From a virus, in IMG/VR virus record IMGVR_UViG_3300029585_000107, positions 729-64,728 of that record: DNA of 64,000 nucleotides, one strand, 5' to 3'. The translations under genes and the position numbers were made by a program. The notes beneath the pieces are model-generated. The model worked only from the letters and a program-made list of their open reading frames with translations, did no database searches and had not been told where the DNA came from. How positions within the stretch are numbered: position 1 is the stretch's first letter; each line of letters opens with the position of its first letter. Of this stretch, positions 18,414 to 27,341 are shown piece by piece.

Positions 18414-19212
18414 CCTCCGCCCTCTTCCCGAGGGCGTAGAGGTCGGGGCTGTGGCGACCGACGCCCACTACGACACCGTCATCGACAGCGCCTGCATCCT
18501 CAAGACGGAGGACGGCGAGACGATCGGAGCCTACATTCCTGTTGACCGTGGATGCATTTCCGACCTGGAGAGGCACCTGGACACCATCAAGTTCACGACC
18601 TCTTCGAGGACGTCGGGAATGAAGGCCAAGGCGATGATCTTCGGAGCGCAGCCGCGGAGTACGCTTCGGCGGGACTACTGCACCATGGCAGGGATGAGCT
18701 GGAACTACCCCGAGCCGCACCGCGCGCTCGTGGAGACCGGGGCATTCATGTCCGAGGTTCTGAAGGCGATATCGCCAGACACCTGGCGCGCGCAAAGGGC
18801 CCAGGTCGAGGGCATCCTTCCCGTCTGGCGCTTTGGAGACGACAGCGTGTTCACGTCTGGCATTGCAAACCTGAGCACGGCGCACACCTACCACCGGGAC
18901 AAGGGCAACTTCCCGGGGAGCTGGAACTGCATGCTCGCATGGCTCCGAGAGGCCGACGGCGGCAGAACCGTGTTCCCCGCGATCGGCGCCGCGTTCGACT
19001 TCAGCCAGCCAGCCCTTACGAGCTTTCACGCAGAGCAGTACCTACACGGCGTTACCCGAATCCGACGCCGGCCAGGAGGCAAGCGCTACAGCGTCGTCTA
19101 CTACGCGATGAAAGGCCTCACCCAATGCGGGACCCCCGACGAAGAGATTGAGCGATTCCGTCGAGTGAGGACAGAGCGCGAGCGCAAGCGGCGCTCAGGC
19201 AAGAAAGGCTGA
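18316..19212 (+). CDS. 2OG-Fe(II) dioxygenase, TET/JBP-like
   Basis: FTSGIAN..HTYHRDKGN (HxD), LHGVT (distal His), RYSVVYY (2OG-binding Arg); adjacent to ParB-like genes as in known phage TET/JBP loci. Start uncertain. Confidence 0.78.
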   Translation: MSRKNSTPLRLNTSWSRTETCSYISSIPTRTVSLRPLPEGVEVGAVATDAHYDTVIDSACILKTEDGETIGAYIPVDRGCISDLERHLDTIKFTTSSRTSGMKAKAMIFGAQPRSTLRRDYCTMAGMSWNYPEPHRALVETGAFMSEVLKAISPDTWRAQRAQVEGILPVWRFGDDSVFTSGIANLSTAHTYHRDKGNFPGSWNCMLAWLREADGGRTVFPAIGAAFDFSQPALTSFHAEQYLHGVTRIRRRPGGKRYSVVYYAMKGLTQCGTPDEEIERFRRVRTERERKRRSGKKG

Positions 19213-19734
19213 GATCTTCTCAGCCACGGCCCTGGCATCGAGGCGCTCTGAGATTTCAATCTCCAGGCGCTTGCCTTCGAACTCCGACAGCTCGTAGAAG
19301 CGGCGACTCTTTGTGACTCGCCCCTTCACCCACGCTGGGTTCTGCTTCGACCCGCGGGCGGCCCTGCGACTTGCGGCAATCTCCGAGCCGTGCAGAAGTA
19401 CGCAGCGGAGTTCCGCCCCCTGGGAGGCGAGCCACGAGACGACCTTCTGGTTCGAGAAGCGATCGCCATCAAAGAAGGTTCTCTCGTAGCGGCTCAGAGC
19501 CGAGCCCCAGAATGCCAGCGCGGCCTCGACTCCGTTGTACGGCACCGTGTCGGCACCATCGAATTTCGTCCCCGTGTAGTGCCCTGCCGCAGCGACCTTG
19601 CCGCGACCACCCATTGTCCACTTGGGGCTCTTGTTCATCGCATTCTCGTGCTCGAGGAGAAGGCGCACTGCAGAGGTCTTCCCGGTTCCAGGCTCCCCTA
19701 CGACAAAGATTGCTATCGGTGCTTTTCGTTCCAT
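19195..19734 (-). CDS. P-loop nucleotide/DNA kinase of phage base-modification type
   Basis: Walker A GEPGTGKT; GHY..FDGAD, FFDGDRF and RRAARGSKQNPAWVKGRVTK; overlaps the aGPT-Pplase-like gene. Confidence 0.72.
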   Translation of the reverse strand: MERKAPIAIFVVGEPGTGKTSAVRLLLEHENAMNKSPKWTMGGRGKVAAAGHYTGTKFDGADTVPYNGVEAALAFWGSALSRYERTFFDGDRFSNQKVVSWLASQGAELRCVLLHGSEIAASRRAARGSKQNPAWVKGRVTKSRRFYELSEFEGKRLEIEISERLDARAVAEKISAFLA

Positions 19735-20825
19735 TGGTTTCCAAACTCCGGCCATTCCACATCCATCATGATGACTTCGCCGGTATTCAAGTAGTGGTTT
19801 TGCTTCTCTGGGACAAGGCCCGGGTCCAAGGGACACTCCTCGACGAGGAGCCGCGCTGGCAGCTCTGCGCTACGAGCTCCCCAGAAGACATCCGCGATGT
19901 CCTGCGAGAGGCGCCCCTCGGCCTTCTTGATGCGGTTGTAGAGCATGTCGTTGTAGACGTTCGGGTAGCGACGGTTCGGCTTATGCCACGACTTGTACGT
20001 GCAGAACGCCGACTCCAGGGTGAAGAGTGAGACGGTATCGTCGCCAGGCATTCGCGCTCGCGCCTCAGAGAGCAACTCCTCCGCCTCTTCGGCCAGCCAC
20101 CCGATCATGTTTGCGGAGTAGCGCCCATCAAAGCCGGGGTTCGACTTGTCCCAATACAGGTCATCTCTTCCGAGCACTTTGCAGAGACCGTTCCTGTGGG
20201 ACTTCGACCCCGAGCGGTCTCCGAGGAAAAGACTAGAGCACTCCAGGGGAACCCCGGCGATCTTCAGGTACTCCAGATAGCTGAAGGTGGACAGGCGGCC
20301 AAACGAGTAGAAGTGGCCGCTCACGAGACCCCAGATGGCCTCGAAGTTCTTCTTCTCATCCGAGGCCCGGTCGAAGAGCTTCTCCTGCGTCCCGCCGATC
20401 GAACGCACGACTTCCGCGTATCGCTCCACGCTCTGCAGGAAGTTCTTCTTGTGGTAGCGGCGGTCGGTGTCGAATTCGAGACGCTCGTACTCGGCATTGA
20501 ACCAGGCCCCCAGGGCCGCTTGGTTCAGGCCACGGAGCTCTGGGAATTTCTCGAAGATCGCGAGGCTCGTTATCGGGTTCTGCGTGTTGCCGTTGAGGAA
20601 CGCAAACCAGAGCCTCTCCTCCATCCCCCACCCGTAAAGGCCCGCGAGATGGGGGAGCAAGTAGTAGACACACCCGGGGTGACTCCGGTGGCGAGTATGG
20701 AACTCGTAGAACCGGAGGAAAACCTCCCTCCGGTACTCAGGGAGCCGAAAGTCCATACCCCGCTCAAGCTTCCCGGTCTCGGCCACCCCATGGAGGTGAG
20801 ACCAGCGGCCGGGACGACGAATCAC
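19713..20825 (-). CDS. aGPT-pyrophosphorylase / amino acid:DNA transferase (AADT)-like protein (HhH-glycosylase fold)
   Basis: FDTDRRYHK, SFGRLSTFSYLE and TLESAFCTYK (ExxxCxxK). Alternative start at ATG 20756 (MDFRLPEYRRE). Confidence 0.68.
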   Translation of the reverse strand: MIRRPGRWSHLHGVAETGKLERGMDFRLPEYRREVFLRFYEFHTRHRSHPGCVYYLLPHLAGLYGWGMEERLWFAFLNGNTQNPITSLAIFEKFPELRGLNQAALGAWFNAEYERLEFDTDRRYHKKNFLQSVERYAEVVRSIGGTQEKLFDRASDEKKNFEAIWGLVSGHFYSFGRLSTFSYLEYLKIAGVPLECSSLFLGDRSGSKSHRNGLCKVLGRDDLYWDKSNPGFDGRYSANMIGWLAEEAEELLSEARARMPGDDTVSLFTLESAFCTYKSWHKPNRRYPNVYNDMLYNRIKKAEGRLSQDIADVFWGARSAELPARLLVEECPLDPGLVPEKQNHYLNTGEVIMMDVEWPEFGNQWNEKHR

Positions 20826-21898
20826 TCTCCAGCCTCAGTGCACTCTGCGCAGAGATCATCGTCGGAGGGAACGCCGCAGAGCTCGCAGAGTTTGAACTCC
20901 TCCGCAGCCTTCTCAACGGCCTCTTCCTCTTCTGCTTGCTCAGCGGCTTTCTTCTTGGCCGCCTTGGCCGCGCGAGCTTTTGCAGCTCGCTCCTTGGCCG
21001 CCTCTGCTTTCGCCTCCTCAGCGGCCTGTTTGGCGCTTTTCCCGGTGGCTGCCTTCTTGCGCGCCGCCGACTTGGCTGCGAGCTTTCCGGCAAGACCGGA
21101 TTCCAGCTTAGGCTTCTCCGGGGCATCTACGATTTGATGGTCGGCGTCGATGATGGCGCGAGCGTCGGCTGCTGCGTCGTCCGACGCAATGTTGTCGATC
21201 GCAACAGCAAGCGCGGCCGGCTCTTCCAGCGGCAGCTGGTTCGAGTGGCGCTTGATGATGAACTTCCGCGCCATCTGCTCAGGCCACTTATCCCACGCGG
21301 GCGACTTGCCCTTCGCAGACGACCTGGCTTTCTCAACTTCGTTCCAGTTCGCGTACTCGCAGTCATGCGTCCCATCGGTGTAGGTGACCCTTGAATAGAC
21401 GCCCACGGCAGGCCCACGCTCGGTGCCAACCTTCACCCGGTGGTAGTTCGACGATGGCGAGTCCGGGTCCATGAGGTCCATTGAGAACTCATCATTCTCG
21501 TGGACCACCTGCGAGCGTATCGACTTCACGATCGGCGAGTTGGTGACCAGCCGCATGAGCCCTCGGTAGCCAGGCATGAGCTGCACACACTCGCAGCCGA
21601 GGTTCTTGTCCCAGTACGGGATGAGGTACGCCTCACCACGAGGCCCCTCAGGCTCCAGCCCGAGCTGCGCAGCGGTGATGAGCGCCATGTAGAGCGACGG
21701 CCACGTCCTCGGGTCCTGAAACTTCGGCTCCTGCGCCACGAGGCGAGTGCCAACGCGGATCAGCGTCACGGGGTCGATCGACTCAGTGCACCATTCTGCG
21801 AGTGTATCGGACCTTTGCGAGAGCCAGTGCTTCACCTGCACCGAGGGGTGCGGCCCGTTGGGTTTCTTTTCGATTGCTTCGTTCTTTTTCGTTGCCAT
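20822..21898 (-). CDS. recT: RecT-family ssDNA annealing protein
   Basis: AAQLGLEP..EAYLIPY, QLMPGYRGL, SQVVHENDEF, SPAWDKWPEQMARKFIIKR. Confidence 0.92.
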   Translation of the reverse strand: MATKKNEAIEKKPNGPHPSVQVKHWLSQRSDTLAEWCTESIDPVTLIRVGTRLVAQEPKFQDPRTWPSLYMALITAAQLGLEPEGPRGEAYLIPYWDKNLGCECVQLMPGYRGLMRLVTNSPIVKSIRSQVVHENDEFSMDLMDPDSPSSNYHRVKVGTERGPAVGVYSRVTYTDGTHDCEYANWNEVEKARSSAKGKSPAWDKWPEQMARKFIIKRHSNQLPLEEPAALAVAIDNIASDDAAADARAIIDADHQIVDAPEKPKLESGLAGKLAAKSAARKKAATGKSAKQAAEEAKAEAAKERAAKARAAKAAKKKAAEQAEEEEAVEKAAEEFKLCELCGVPSDDDLCAECTEAGE

Positions 21899-21946
21899 TG
21901 GTATTTTCCTGTCTGATTTCAGATCGTTCTTATTTCAGCGTTAGCG

Positions 21947-22990
21947 CTACTTGACCAGGAAGTTCCTGGTTGGTTCACCGGTGAACTCTTCCTTGAGCTC
22001 TTCGAACCGGCGATCGGAGACGCCAAACTCATCACGCAGATGCTCGACGAATTTTGCGTATGACGTGGACCCGCGAGCCTTCCGCTTCCATGTAACAGCG
22101 GGCTTTCCGGTTGGGAGGAGTAGCCCCTGGTGGTGCCCGATCGCAAGCTGGATGCGCTGCTTAGCCAGCTCCATTCTTCCGTCTGCCGCCTTCTTGTCGG
22201 CGCGGGCTGCCTTGTAGGCTGCGATGTCGGAGAGGGTTTCGACCTCAATGTCGATCATATCCTCAGTGTGCTTTTTGAAGCGCCCCTTGAGGTACTCCGA
22301 GAACATTTCCGTCCCATCTGGCTCCGGCTCGACCCCCTCTTCGACCTTCTTCCAGAAGAGTTCCGCCTCCTCCAGGAGGTAGTCCTCGACAGCTTGGTCG
22401 TGAGGGATGTGAAAGACGCGGTAGATGTGGGTGTCGATGAGCGCCGAGAGCTGCGCCTCCTTCACCCCCAGGAGCGCGCGGTACCACGCTACCTGAATCT
22501 TCTTATCGTCCGGGACCTCCATGTTCTCGAGGTCGTACTTCTTGGCCGCCATCATCCCGTGCGACTTGGCCTCCCAGATGCGAAACGGGTCGCCAAGGTG
22601 GACCACTTCGCCGGTCTCAGAGTTCAGGGCGACGACGCCGCCTTCTGGCTCCAACTGCGGAGGCTCCCTGTAGCAGAGGCGATCAGGCGTGCCCAGCATC
22701 CAGTGGTACTTCGGGCTCCGATACGTGACCGCGGGCTCCACTAGGCTAAGCCCTGTATCGTCCGCATAACGCTTGGCGAGCACGGGCTCCAATATGTGCC
22801 CCCACTCCGTCCTCTCATTGCCCTCGAAGGGTTTGGGCGGAGCGGTGTCGATCGGCAGCCCAAGGCCATGACGCTTCTCCAAGTAGATATCTATGGGCCC
22901 TCTGTACGGAGACTCCCCGCAGATCGCTACCATGTCGGTGCCTCCGAGGCCGGAGGCGCGAGCGCGAAGCTGTTCGGCTGAGAGGGCCAC
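21947..22990 (-). CDS. YqaJ-like viral recombinase exonuclease
   Basis: RASGLGGTDM, EWGHILEP, MLGTPDRL, IWEAKS, QVAWY; adjacent to RecT. Confidence 0.9.
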   Translation of the reverse strand: MALSAEQLRARASGLGGTDMVAICGESPYRGPIDIYLEKRHGLGLPIDTAPPKPFEGNERTEWGHILEPVLAKRYADDTGLSLVEPAVTYRSPKYHWMLGTPDRLCYREPPQLEPEGGVVALNSETGEVVHLGDPFRIWEAKSHGMMAAKKYDLENMEVPDDKKIQVAWYRALLGVKEAQLSALIDTHIYRVFHIPHDQAVEDYLLEEAELFWKKVEEGVEPEPDGTEMFSEYLKGRFKKHTEDMIDIEVETLSDIAAYKAARADKKAADGRMELAKQRIQLAIGHHQGLLLPTGKPAVTWKRKARGSTSYAKFVEHLRDEFGVSDRRFEELKEEFTGEPTRNFLVK

Positions 22991-23217
22991 CTAGCAGCCC
23001 TCCACCTTCATCGCCATCTCACGGGAAGCTTGACCATGTCTTCTCGGACGATGTTGGAGAGGTACGCGGAGTTCCCGCCTCCCCCCAGGTCGGTGAGGAT
23101 GAATGCGAAGCCGACCCCACCGGGGACGAAGTCGCCAATAACCTTGCCGAGGGCAGCACAGCATTACTCGATCTCCGTGCGGGTAAGCCCGCTCTTCCCT
23201 ATCACTTCTCTTGCCAT
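22991..23217 (-). pseudogene. Small gene broken by an in-frame TAA and a 1-nt frameshift
   Basis: GGAAAGAA RBS and ATG 23217 give MAREVIGKSGLTRTEIE*. The same frame continues CCAALGKVIGDFVPGGVGFAFILTDLGGGGNSAYLSNIVREDMVKL, and the natural-looking end REMAMKVEGC* lies in another frame. Confidence 0.6.
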
Positions 23218-23242
23218 TGGTTTTCTTTCCGGTCTCCGAGGT

Positions 23243-23274
23243 TGCCAAATGGAGCCCTTAAGGGCATATTGACG
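23243..23274. promoter_or_regulatory. Divergent control region: palindrome GCCCTTAAGGGC flanked by TTGACG (+) and TTGGCA (-)
   Basis: Palindrome 23254-23265; TTGACG 23269-23274; minus-strand TTGGCA 23243-23248. Confidence 0.5.
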
Positions 23275-23320
23275 GAGAGGCCAGGAAAAGGCAATGGCCT
23301 CTTTGCTAGAAAGGACACAG

Positions 23321-23587
23321 ATGGCAGATAAGAAAACCGACAGCAAACTCTCTAGAGGGCGCGGGCGTCCACGTTCCCCCGCGAGGACCGAGTTCGGGCG
23401 ATGGATGGATAGAAACGGCATTTCTGCCGAGGTATTGGCTACTGTAGGCGGCTGCTCGCAGACGAGCGTAAACACGATACGGAGGGGGATGCAGCTGCCA
23501 AGCTTGACCGTCGCCAGCCGGTTCATCGTGTTCAGTAGGACGCAGGGCGACCCTATCGACATCCTTGCGTTCTTTCCGAAGAAGTAG
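23321..23587 (+). CDS. Cro/XRE-like HTH regulator with AT-hook-like RGRGRPR
   Basis: ISAEVLATVGGCSQTSVNTIRRG..PSL; GAAAGGA RBS before ATG 23321. Confidence 0.72.
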   Translation: MADKKTDSKLSRGRGRPRSPARTEFGRWMDRNGISAEVLATVGGCSQTSVNTIRRGMQLPSLTVASRFIVFSRTQGDPIDILAFFPKK

Positions 23588-23827
23588 CAGCAAAAGAGCC
23601 AGCTCTCACGAAAAGACAGGCCACGCCGAGAAAAAAACTTTTGGAGAGGAGTTGCCTTCCGGGGGAAACCCGGGCATAACCGAGGGGCACCACTTCCCTT
23701 GCCAGGAGACAGCAATTCCGCTGACAGTAGATTTCGAGACCACCAGCCCCGACGCACGACCCCCTCTCCTGGGCGGAAGTGGTGCAACGTCGGAGGCAGG
23801 TGGTCTCTTTTTTTGCAAGGGGGAGCG

Positions 23828-24685
23828 TTGAGCAGTTCGGGCTACATCAAGCTCTACAGGGAGTTCGTAGGGTCCTCGGTTTGGACCATGAGCGACTCAG
23901 ATCTGCGGCTGGCGATTTACTGCCTATGCCAAGCGAATTGGAAGGACGGACTCTTCCAGGGAGCTGAGATCCCTAGGGGTTCGTTCGCAACTTCCATCGA
24001 CAGCATTTGCCGGGACCTCGGCAAAACCGCGACACCCAAGAAGGTACGCGGAGGCCTAGCCAGACTTGAGCGAGATAATTTCATCCAGGTTTCGGCAAAA
24101 AGGGGCATTCGGTTCACGGTGATAACCGTAGTGAATTACGAAGCTTTTCAGGACGAGGACGACGAGAAGGGCGAACAAAGGGCGAACAAAGGGCGAACAA
24201 AGGGCGACAATAGAAGAAGGGAAGAAGGGAAGAAGGAAACTATGTCCGAGGTCGAGACCCCGGACAGGAAGTCACCTTCCAAACCCAAGCCCCCACCCCC
24301 AGAGCAGGCGATACGATGCGCAAGCTACCTGCAGCGCCATATCGTCAAAATGGACCCTGGGCACCGGCTAGCCAAGACCTTCACCGACAGCCAGCGCACG
24401 AAGTGGGCTGCCACACTAGAGCTAGCACACCGCATCGACGGTCGAAGCTGGGGCGAGATCAAAGCCACGATCGAATGGCTGCACTCGAATCGAGACCGGG
24501 TGCAAAGGGGCGGCTTCGTCGTCTTCTCAGCCCAGGCGCTTCGAGAAAAATTCGATTCCATCCGGGCGGCCCGCAACCGTGACCAGACGGCAAACCTGCC
24601 AGCCGGCACCATTGCTGCGGCACCCAAGAAACTCAAACCATCCGAGATTGACGCCGCCAGAAGAGCGGCAGAGGAGCAAGCATGA
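23828..24685 (+). CDS. Phage replication initiator (replisome organiser)
   Basis: SGYIKLYRE, RGSFATS and TVITVVNYEAFQ; internal iterons; followed by DnaB. TTG start after GGGAG. Confidence 0.82.
   Translation: MSSSGYIKLYREFVGSSVWTMSDSDLRLAIYCLCQANWKDGLFQGAEIPRGSFATSIDSICRDLGKTATPKKVRGGLARLERDNFIQVSAKRGIRFTVITVVNYEAFQDEDDEKGEQRANKGRTKGDNRRREEGKKETMSEVETPDRKSPSKPKPPPPEQAIRCASYLQRHIVKMDPGHRLAKTFTDSQRTKWAATLELAHRIDGRSWGEIKATIEWLHSNRDRVQRGGFVVFSAQALREKFDSIRAARNRDQTANLPAGTIAAAPKKLKPSEIDAARRAAEEQA
24167..24236 (+). repeat. Iteron array, probable replication origin
   Basis: AAGGGCGAACA x3 (24167-24199), a fourth partial copy, then GAAGAAGG x3. Confidence 0.8.
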
Positions 24686-25977
24686 GCGACGAGAGAAGAG
24701 CGTATCGAGCCCTAGCGGCCGAGGACGCCGAGAGGGCCACGATTGGAGCCCTAGTCATGAACCCCGGTGCACTTGGCTGGGTGGACCTGCGAACGGCCCA
24801 TTTCTCACTACCCCTTCACCAGCACACCTTCGAGGCAATGAGGGGGCTTTGGGACGAAGACCGGGCTATCGACGAGATCACGATCTTGGACGCCCTGGAG
24901 CGAGAGATTCCGAACGTGAGCCTTTCGGAAATCTCTAAGCTCATCACCACCACAGCCACCGGCGACAACATCGAGCACTGGGCCGCAATCCTCGAAGAGC
25001 ACCGGCGCAAGCGCGTGCTGCACTCCGTCGCCAGTTCTGCAAACACCGAGCTTCTCGCAGGCAAAGCCTCCAGCGAGGTTTTCGACCAGATGATCGAGTC
25101 TCTCACGGAGATCTCCAGCGAGACCAAGGCCGTTTCTGAGACGATGGAGGAGGTGGGGCACCGCGTCGAGGAAGTGCTTCGGCGGGCGTGGGAGGGCGGC
25201 GAGACGAGCCGCCTGCCAAGCGGCATCGTCGACCTCGACAAAGAGATCGGAGGATTCCCAGTTGGCGTCCCAACGGCGATCGGAGCTCGTCCCGGAGTGG
25301 GCAAGTCTCTTACGCTCTGGAACATTGTCCACGCAGCCTGCCTGCGAGGAGAGAACGTCGTCGTTCTCACCAACGAGGACAATGCCGACCGAACCTACAA
25401 GGTGGGCCTCGCGTACTACAGCGGAGTTGAACGGCGACGGCTCGAATCTAGCTCCCTATCTCCCCTTGAGAGGGCCAGGATCACCCAGGCCTTTGCGGAC
25501 ACCGCCGAGGCGAATTCTCGGTACCACACGGTTCCCATCCACGGGAAGAAGATGATCGAGGTCTGTCGAATCGCACGGGCCATGTGCCGACGATACAGCC
25601 CCACGATCCTCGCTCTCGACTACATCCAGAACGTCCCCAACCCGGAGCCGGGTATGACTCGAAACTACGGCATCGAGGAAAACCTCACACACTGGGATGC
25701 ATTGGTCGCCGAGGAGAACGTCGTCGGGATTCTCATGGGGCAGCTCAAGCGCCTCGAGCCCGGCGCTATCCCCACGATGAGCGACTTCAAGGACTCGGGC
25801 AGCATTGAGCAGAAGGCGAAGTGCATGCTCACCTTGAGTGACCTTCCCACCCGCAACGAGGGCTACCAGTTCAGCACTGAGCCGAATTTCAGCATCGGAG
25901 TCGTTAAGAATTCCGAGGGGCTCAGCGACTTCGCTGTTGACTGCATCGTCGACAAAGGTCTGGGCAAATTCAAATGA
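24682..25977 (+). CDS. dnaB: DnaB-like replicative helicase
   Basis: DAERATIGAL N-domain; Walker A GARPGVGKS; ALDYIQ; GQLKR; SDFKDSGSIEQ. Confidence 0.9.
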   Translation: MSDERRAYRALAAEDAERATIGALVMNPGALGWVDLRTAHFSLPLHQHTFEAMRGLWDEDRAIDEITILDALEREIPNVSLSEISKLITTTATGDNIEHWAAILEEHRRKRVLHSVASSANTELLAGKASSEVFDQMIESLTEISSETKAVSETMEEVGHRVEEVLRRAWEGGETSRLPSGIVDLDKEIGGFPVGVPTAIGARPGVGKSLTLWNIVHAACLRGENVVVLTNEDNADRTYKVGLAYYSGVERRRLESSSLSPLERARITQAFADTAEANSRYHTVPIHGKKMIEVCRIARAMCRRYSPTILALDYIQNVPNPEPGMTRNYGIEENLTHWDALVAEENVVGILMGQLKRLEPGAIPTMSDFKDSGSIEQKAKCMLTLSDLPTRNEGYQFSTEPNFSIGVVKNSEGLSDFAVDCIVDKGLGKFK

Positions 25978-26372
25978 CCGAGTTTCCAGAGGGCAAGCGC
26001 CCCGAGTTCAGCAAGCGCTCCCCAGGTCGCATGCGCAGCGCCGACATCGAGCGAAGCAAGAGGTTTGATCAGCATCTCTTGCAGCGCTACAACAGCGAAC
26101 AGCTCACCTACGCCGACCTTGCGAAGCTCTACAGGATGGGTACGAGCACGATTCGCGACCGGATCGACAACGCGCGACGCGAGAACCTCCCAAAGACAGC
26201 CAAGGTCGGCGCGGAGGCGCGGAGGCGCCAGGCCAAGGCATGGCGCAAGGCTGCTGTCCTTCTCGACGCTGTCCAGCTCACTTCGCCAGGGCGCAAGGAT
26301 GAGATGCAGGATCTTGCCATGGAGGCTCTACAGCGAGCTCGCGCGATCGACGACGAGGTTGGTGAGCCATGA
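25974..26372 (+). CDS. Hypothetical HTH protein
   Basis: LTYADLAKLYRMGTSTIRDRI; coupled on both sides. Confidence 0.55.
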   Translation: MTEFPEGKRPEFSKRSPGRMRSADIERSKRFDQHLLQRYNSEQLTYADLAKLYRMGTSTIRDRIDNARRENLPKTAKVGAEARRRQAKAWRKAAVLLDAVQLTSPGRKDEMQDLAMEALQRARAIDDEVGEP

Positions 26373-26983
26373 GCCGAACGAAACAGCAAGACCACGGGTT
26401 CGAGTTCTTCCCCACCGAGAGGGCGGTGGTCCACGCCCTGCTAGAGTGCCCAGAACTGGAGCTCAGCGGCGGGATATGGATCGACCCTTGCGCTGGGAGT
26501 GGGCGCATCATCGAGGCCACCAGGGAGCGCAGAGACGACGTCTCGTGGTTCGTCTGCGAGCTCGACCCTCGGTTCGACGGCATGCTCTCAAGAGTCCTGG
26601 ACGCTGAGAGGGACCACCAGGAACCCTACCAGGATTTCGTCTCGGCACCCTGGAACCTACCCAGGGCCAAGGTCGCAATCTTCAACCCGCCGTTCAGCCA
26701 CACGACCGACTTTGTCGAGGCGGCTATGGAGCGGGCGGAAACAGTGATCTGCTTGCAGCGGCAGGCATGGTTCGGCAGCCAGAAGCGCGCGGGCTGGCTC
26801 AGAGAGCACTGCCCGGACACCTACGATCTGCCCTGGCGTCCAAGCTTCCGCCCGGACGGGAAAACCGACAATTGCGAGTACTCGTGGTACGTCTGGCCGA
26901 ATGGCGAGTTCAACCGGCGAAGCGGGCGAAGAATGATGCTCGACGCGCCCGACAACCGGCAGAGAGAAATTTTCGGGGAATAG
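26369..26983 (+). CDS. DNA N6-adenine (amino) methyltransferase
   Basis: FFPT, IDPCAGSG (motif I), FNPPFS (motif IV). Confidence 0.85.
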   Translation: MSRTKQQDHGFEFFPTERAVVHALLECPELELSGGIWIDPCAGSGRIIEATRERRDDVSWFVCELDPRFDGMLSRVLDAERDHQEPYQDFVSAPWNLPRAKVAIFNPPFSHTTDFVEAAMERAETVICLQRQAWFGSQKRAGWLREHCPDTYDLPWRPSFRPDGKTDNCEYSWYVWPNGEFNRRSGRRMMLDAPDNRQREIFGE

Positions 26984-27005
26984 CCCCACAACCAAGGAAA
27001 AACAG

Positions 27006-27341
27006 ATGGCAAAGACCAAACGACAACGTAGACAACAGCAAATCTCCGGCACTGAGCGGAAGGAGATTGAACACCTCACCGACGCCGCCGAGGCCTACCG
27101 CAAGACCGTGGCGGAGCGCATGGCTCTCCAGAAGGTTGAGGCCGACCAGAAGGCTCACCTTCTGAACACCATCCACAGGTGCATCCACGACAAGGACATC
27201 GAGGCGCCTCCTACGGACAAAAGCACGCCCACGATCGTCTACAAGTACGAGGACGACGATGGCGTCGAGCGGGACGTGAAGTTCCAGTACGGCAAGGAAA
27301 CCATCAAGGTGAACAAGGCAGAAGGGCAGGGAAGTGAATAG
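27006..27341 (+). CDS. Hypothetical protein
   Basis: AAGGAAAA RBS; overlaps the RusA start. Confidence 0.6.
   Translation: MAKTKRQRRQQQISGTERKEIEHLTDAAEAYRKTVAERMALQKVEADQKAHLLNTIHRCIHDKDIEAPPTDKSTPTIVYKYEDDDGVERDVKFQYGKETIKVNKAEGQGSE

Noticed and set aside
24167-24236. Short direct repeats as a CRISPR array
   Set aside because: 11-bp units with no spacers, inside the initiator CDS, and no cas genes; better explained as iterons.
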